Source of the DNA: Hypanus sabinus
Lineage: Eukaryota
Reading direction: 5' to 3'
Assembly (NCBI RefSeq): GCF_030144855.1
Contig: NC_082710.1
Location: 169,880,001-169,944,000, forward strand
Length of the DNA: 64,000 nucleotides
Shown: positions 62,135 to 64,000 of the stretch, piece after piece
How the letters are laid out: each line of letters begins with the position of its first letter
Numbering within the stretch: position 1 is the first letter of the stretch
Position numbers and translations under genes: made by a program
The notes under the pieces: generated by a model
Databases searched by the model: none
Seen by the model: only the letters and a program-made list of their open reading frames with translations
Told to the model about the DNA's origin: nothing

Positions 62135-64000
62135 AATGTGGTTGACTCTTGAATGCCCTCTGAAATGGCCCTGCAAGCCACTCAGTTGTCTTCAGCTGCT
62201 GAAAAGAAAACCAGGCATCAACCTAGATACTGGAATTGAAAACGGCGAAAGCAGCCCTGCTGACCCTGCAAAGTCCTCCTTACTAACATCTGGGGACTTG
62301 TGCCAAAGTTGGGAGAACTGTCTCAGATGGGTCAAGCACCAGCCTGACATAGCTGTACTGACAGAATTAGACCTTACAGTGAACATTCTGGACCACACCA
62401 TTACCATTCCTGGGTATGGACTGTCTCACCGGCAGGACAGACCTCGCAGAGGTGGTGGCACTTTAGAGTGGGCATCGTCCTGGCAACTCTCAACATCGAC
62501 TCTGGACCTCATGAAGTCTCATGGCACCAGGTTAAACATGGGCAAGGAAACCGCCTGCTGATTACCATGTACCGTCCTCCTTCAGCTGATGAAACAGTAC
62601 TTCTCCATGTTGAGCGGCACTTGGAGGAGATATTGAGGGGCACAGAATGCACTCTGGGTGGGGGACTTCAATGTCCATCACCGAGAGTGGTTTGGTAGTA
62701 CCACCGCAGACCGAGCTGGTTGGGTCCTACTCAACATAGCTATGAGACGGGGACTACAGCAGGAGATGACGGAACCAACAAGGGGGGAAAACACACTTGA
62801 CCTCATTCTCACCAACCTGCCTGCCGTTGAAGCATTTATCCACGTCCGAATTTGTAGAAGTGACCACTGCACAGTAGTTGTCTCCACATTGAAGCAACCC
62901 TCCACCGTGTTGTGTGGCACTTACCACCGTGCTAACCGGGATAGAATTCGAGCAGATCTAGCAGCCCAAGACTGGGTACTTATGAGGCGCTGTGAGCTAT
63001 CAGCAGCAGCAGAATTATACTCAACTACAATCTGTAATCTCTAATATCCCCACTCTAACATTACAGCCGGGTCAGGGGATCAACACTGGTTCAATGAAGA
63101 GTGCAGGACAGCCTGCCGAGAACAACACCAGGCATACCTCAATATGAAGCGTCACCCTGCTGAAGCCACAATACAGGACTCCTTGCATGCCAAACACCAG
63201 AAGCAGTGAGTAATTGACAGAGCTAAGTGGTCCCACAACCAGCGGATCAGATCCAAGCTCTGGAGTCCTATCACATCCAGCCGTGAATGGTGGTGGACAA
63301 TCAAACAACTCACTGGAGGAGGAGGAGGCTCCGCAGATATCCCCATCCTCAATGACTGAGGAGCCTAGTACACCTGTTCAAAAGATGAGGCATCACCATC
63401 ACTGAATCCCCTACCATCAACATCTTGGGGGTTACCATTGAAAGGAAACTGAACTTGTCTAACCACATAAACAATGTGGCTACCAGAGCATCAAAGGCTA
63501 GGAATCCTGTGGCGTGTAACTCGCCTCCTGACTCCCCAAAGCCTGTCCACCATCTACAAGGCTCAGGTCAGGAGTGTAATGGAATACTCACCACTCACCC
63601 GGATGAGTGCAGCTCCATCAACACTCACGAAGCTTGACACCATCCAGTACAAGGCAGCCCACTTGATTGGTACCCCTTCCACAAGCATCCAATCCCTCCA
63701 CCATCGATGAACAGTTGAGGCAGTGTGTACTATCTACAAGATGCACCGCAACAACACACTAAAGTTCCTAAGGCAGCACCTTCCAGACCCATGACCACTA
63801 CCATCTCGAAGGATGCAAACAGCAGATACCTGGGAACACCCCCACTTGGAAATCACCCCTCCAAGTCACTCACCATCCTGACTTGGAAACATATTGTCAT
63901 TCCTTCATTGTCGCTGGGTCAAAATCATGGAATTCCCTCCCTAACAGCACTGTGGGTGTACCCACACCTCTGGGACTGCGGTTGTTCAAGAAGGCAGCTG
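62135..64000 (+). mobile_element. CR1/L2-superfamily LINE with APE endonuclease and internal deletion of the RT core
   Basis: NIWGLVPKLGEL, YRPPS, GDFNVHH, TRGENTLDLILTN, SDH; jumps at ~63390 to ILGVTI..IYKAQVRSVMEYS (RT C-terminus). Confidence 0.75.

Overview
Vertebrate genomic DNA, not prokaryotic. The repeat families (CR1 with esterase ORF1, Rex1/Babar, RTE, Penelope-like palindromes) suggest a cartilaginous fish, probably a ray or shark (inference). Most of the window is decayed retrotransposons, with one 319-nt N gap. The recognisable host genes are two intact, tandem, minus-strand, two-exon IER3 (IEX-1)-like genes: copy A (27538-28918, 200 aa) and copy B (40184-41915, 199 aa). They show patchwork near-identity suggestive of gene conversion, diverged promoters, and a Roquin CDE-type 3'UTR hairpin that is canonical only in copy A. 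Between them lies a full-length but mutated ~7.07-kb endogenous retrovirus (31676-38746, minus strand). It has two ~96% identical LTRs, an ACCAC TSD, a tRNA-Ser-like PBS, class III (ERV-L/S-like) gag-pro-pol, a gamma-type env, and a splice donor inside the LTR. A CpG-rich minus-strand first exon at ~4950-5100 may be the FLOT1 5' end (synteny inference only). Also present: a second truncated retrovirus-like element with a 96-bp tandem repeat, a chromodomain Ty3/Gypsy element, Penelope-like elements and short TSD-flanked derivatives with hammerhead-ribozyme-like motifs, a tRNA-derived SINE, and minisatellites. All identities were counted by eye, and family names come from recalled motifs, not database searches.
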